Assembly (NCBI GenBank): GCA_047967505.1
Contig: CM106538.1
DNA length: 64,000 bases
Strand: one strand, 5' to 3'
DNA from: Dipteris shenzhenensis
Lineage: Eukaryota
Shown piece after piece: positions 62,075 through 64,000 of this stretch (position 1 is its first letter; every line of letters begins with the position of its first letter). The notes under the pieces were generated by a model that saw only the letters and a list, made by a program, of their open reading frames with translations, searched no databases and was not told the DNA's origin. The position numbers and the translations under genes are program-made.

Positions 62075-62572
62075 AAACACACTAGGGCCCAGGACAATCG
62101 TCGGGCTGGACCCCCCCGAAGGTTTTTATTCATGAAGAGAGAAGTCTATTACAAGAGTTCAGCGTAGAGCTGTCTGTTACAAAAATCCAACGTGAAATCC
62201 ATATTACAAGAGCTTCAAGCGCATTTCAAATTGGCAACATGTCACTTGTCTAAAATCTAAATTAAGTCCTATTACAGCCACTAAGGGCAACTCTGGAGTC
62301 TTCGAAGCACTTGGTCACGTGAACCGCCTCCTAGATGCTTGTTAGGCTCAGTAGCGCTTAGGAAAAATAACCCTTCCTAGTATCTGCAACAATTAATTAA
62401 AGCGCACCACCATGGCACCCATTAATTGTTAGCGCTTTTGCATGCAAATAATAGACTGTAAACTAATCCTAGTCACAGGTGGGTGTCCCCATTGAACAAA
62501 CATGTGCACAAAACATAGAACACAATTCTTGGTCGACCGAAGTCAACCCTCTTGGTCGTAATTAAAGAGCTT
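61969..62572 (-). repeat. 5' LTR of element C (partial; interrupted at ~62572)
   Basis: Matches 34598-34687 plus 36460-36968, then diverges abruptly. Confidence 0.9.
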
Positions 62573-62611
62573 TATACTTCGTGAACAGTGTATTTGAGAG
62601 AGAGAGAGAGA

Positions 62612-64000
62612 GAGCTCCTGCGAGCTTCCCCTCCCCCCTCGCCGTTAGCCCCTACCTCCCCTTCGCTCCCCCCCCCCCCCCCTCGCCGCGTCCACCTCCA
62701 CCCCTCCCGTCCGCCCTCGACCCCCGTCCCCTCTCCTCCCCCCCCGCCAGCACCCCGCTACCCCTCGCCTCACCTCCGCCCCTCGCTCCATCCCGCCCCT
62801 CGCCTCACCTCCGCCCCTCGCCTCACCTCCGCCCCTCGCTCCAGCCGCCCCTCGCTCCATCCCGCCCCCTCGCTCCATCCCCGCCCCTTACCTCCGCTCC
62901 ATCCCGCCCCCTCGCTCCAACCCGCCCCTCGCCCCCGCTCCAACCCCCCCCCCCTCGCCGCCGCTCCAGCCCCCCCCTCCGCTCCATCCCGCCTCGCCTC
63001 GCCCGCCTCCGCTCCAGCCCGCCTCGCCTCGCCTCGCCCGCCTCCGCTCCATCCCGCCTCACCTCGCCCGCCTCCGCTCCATCCTCGCCCGCCTCCGATC
63101 CATCCCGCCTCGCCTCGCCCCCTCCGCTCCATCCCGCCTCGCCTCGCCTCGCCCGCCTCCGCTCCATCCCGCCTCGCCTCGCCCGCCTCCGCTCCATCCT
63201 CGCCTCGCCGCCGCTCCAGCCGCCCCCTCCGCTCTAGCCGCCCCCTCCGCTCCATCCCGCCTCGCCGCCTCACCCCCAGGCTCCACCGCCGCTTCATCTC
63301 TTCTTGGGTGGCAGCCTGTTTTTCTTCATCGGAAGCTTGCAGTTAGTCTTGGCGGTATGGCGGCCCCCAGCCCGGATCCGGAGGCCCAGTCGGACCCTCC
63401 CTCTCCAGATGCCTACCGCGTTATCCTGACAGAGCAACAATCATCTCGTGTTCAGGAGGTAGCCAGTGACTTTGCTCGTACCTCTGTTTACGGTAGAGTC
63501 ATTGGACACTCCCCCTCCAGGTCTACCATCAGGGACTGGCTCCAGTCCACGCTCTTGCTAGAGGATGGCCATATCGAGGAGGTGGCCCTTATGGGAAGGG
63601 GCATCTTCTGGCTCAAACTCTCCAGTGAGAAAGCTGCGAGCAATCTGATTGCCGGTTCCCCCACATCGGTGGATGGGAAGATCATCATGATAGTCCCGTG
63701 GTACCGTGGTTTCAGCGCAGCGGATTTCGACACTCGGTTCCGTATACCTCGCCACCCAGTGACACTCGTTTTTCCAGGGCTTGCTACTGAGCTGCGGCCG
63801 ATTGTCAGGGACTTGGGCTCCCATTTTGGCTGGGTTATGCACGACACCTTTGCCGACGCGGTGACCACGGCAGGAGCTCCCCGAGTCCGTGTGGCTGTGG
63901 CGGATCCTGCGACTCTCCCTGCAGTGATCGAGATCGTTACAGGTGCCGGCAGTATCACCCAGAGCATGATAGTCACCGGACAGCCAGGTCAGTGCCTGCG
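62612..64000 (+). mobile_element. 5' part of a second copy of the 40753-47663 L1 family, following (GA)n
   Basis: Same 5' terminus; ORF1 highly similar to the reverse complement of ~46303-46946. Confidence 0.92.
63357..64000 (+). CDS. L1 ORF1 N-terminal part, open to the window edge
   Basis: ATG GCG GCC CCC.. MAAPSPDPEAQSDPPSPDAYRVIL..; homologue of 46155-46946. Confidence 0.8.
   Translation, partial: MAAPSPDPEAQSDPPSPDAYRVILTEQQSSRVQEVASDFARTSVYGRVIGHSPSRSTIRDWLQSTLLLEDGHIEEVALMGRGIFWLKLSSEKAASNLIAGSPTSVDGKIIMIVPWYRGFSAADFDTRFRIPRHPVTLVFPGLATELRPIVRDLGSHFGWVMHDTFADAVTTAGAPRVRVAVADPATLPAVIEIVTGAGSITQSMIVTGQPGQCL

Larger units (their letters stand above)
34598..62572 (-). mobile_element. Chromovirus-type Ty3 element C (~8 kb native size) expanded to ~28 kb by five nested insertions
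   Basis: Matching LTRs at 34598-37332 and 61969-62572; PBS and PPT present. Internal pieces 37333-40752, 47680-48943, 55952-56045 and 60722-61968 rejoin at TSDs. Confidence 0.88.

Overview
Eukaryotic, land-plant-type heterochromatin made almost entirely of nested retrotransposons; no host gene, RNA gene or CRISPR array is supportable. The element mix suggests a large-genome plant, possibly a fern (inference only). Contents, left to right: (1) a Ty3/Gypsy element with a second, archaeal-type RNase H (Tat-like), inserted in an L1 ORF1; (2) a chromovirus-type Ty3 element whose 5' and 3' halves lie in opposite orientations, a probable inversion; (3) several L1 and RTE LINE copies, mostly sitting in (TC)n/(CA)n microsatellites; (4) a ~28-kb nest from 34598 to at least 62572, in which one chromovirus carries an RTE, a full-length L1, a truncated L1, a second complete chromovirus and a gag-less Copia. 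Most interesting signals: dense GTAC/CCGTAC clusters (SBP/SPL-type core) in the 5' leaders of unrelated retroelements; a covarying RNA stem-loop at the 3' end of five RTE copies; direct evidence of LINE insertion into microsatellites; and a triple-hairpin Copia LTR. All counts and alignments were made by eye.
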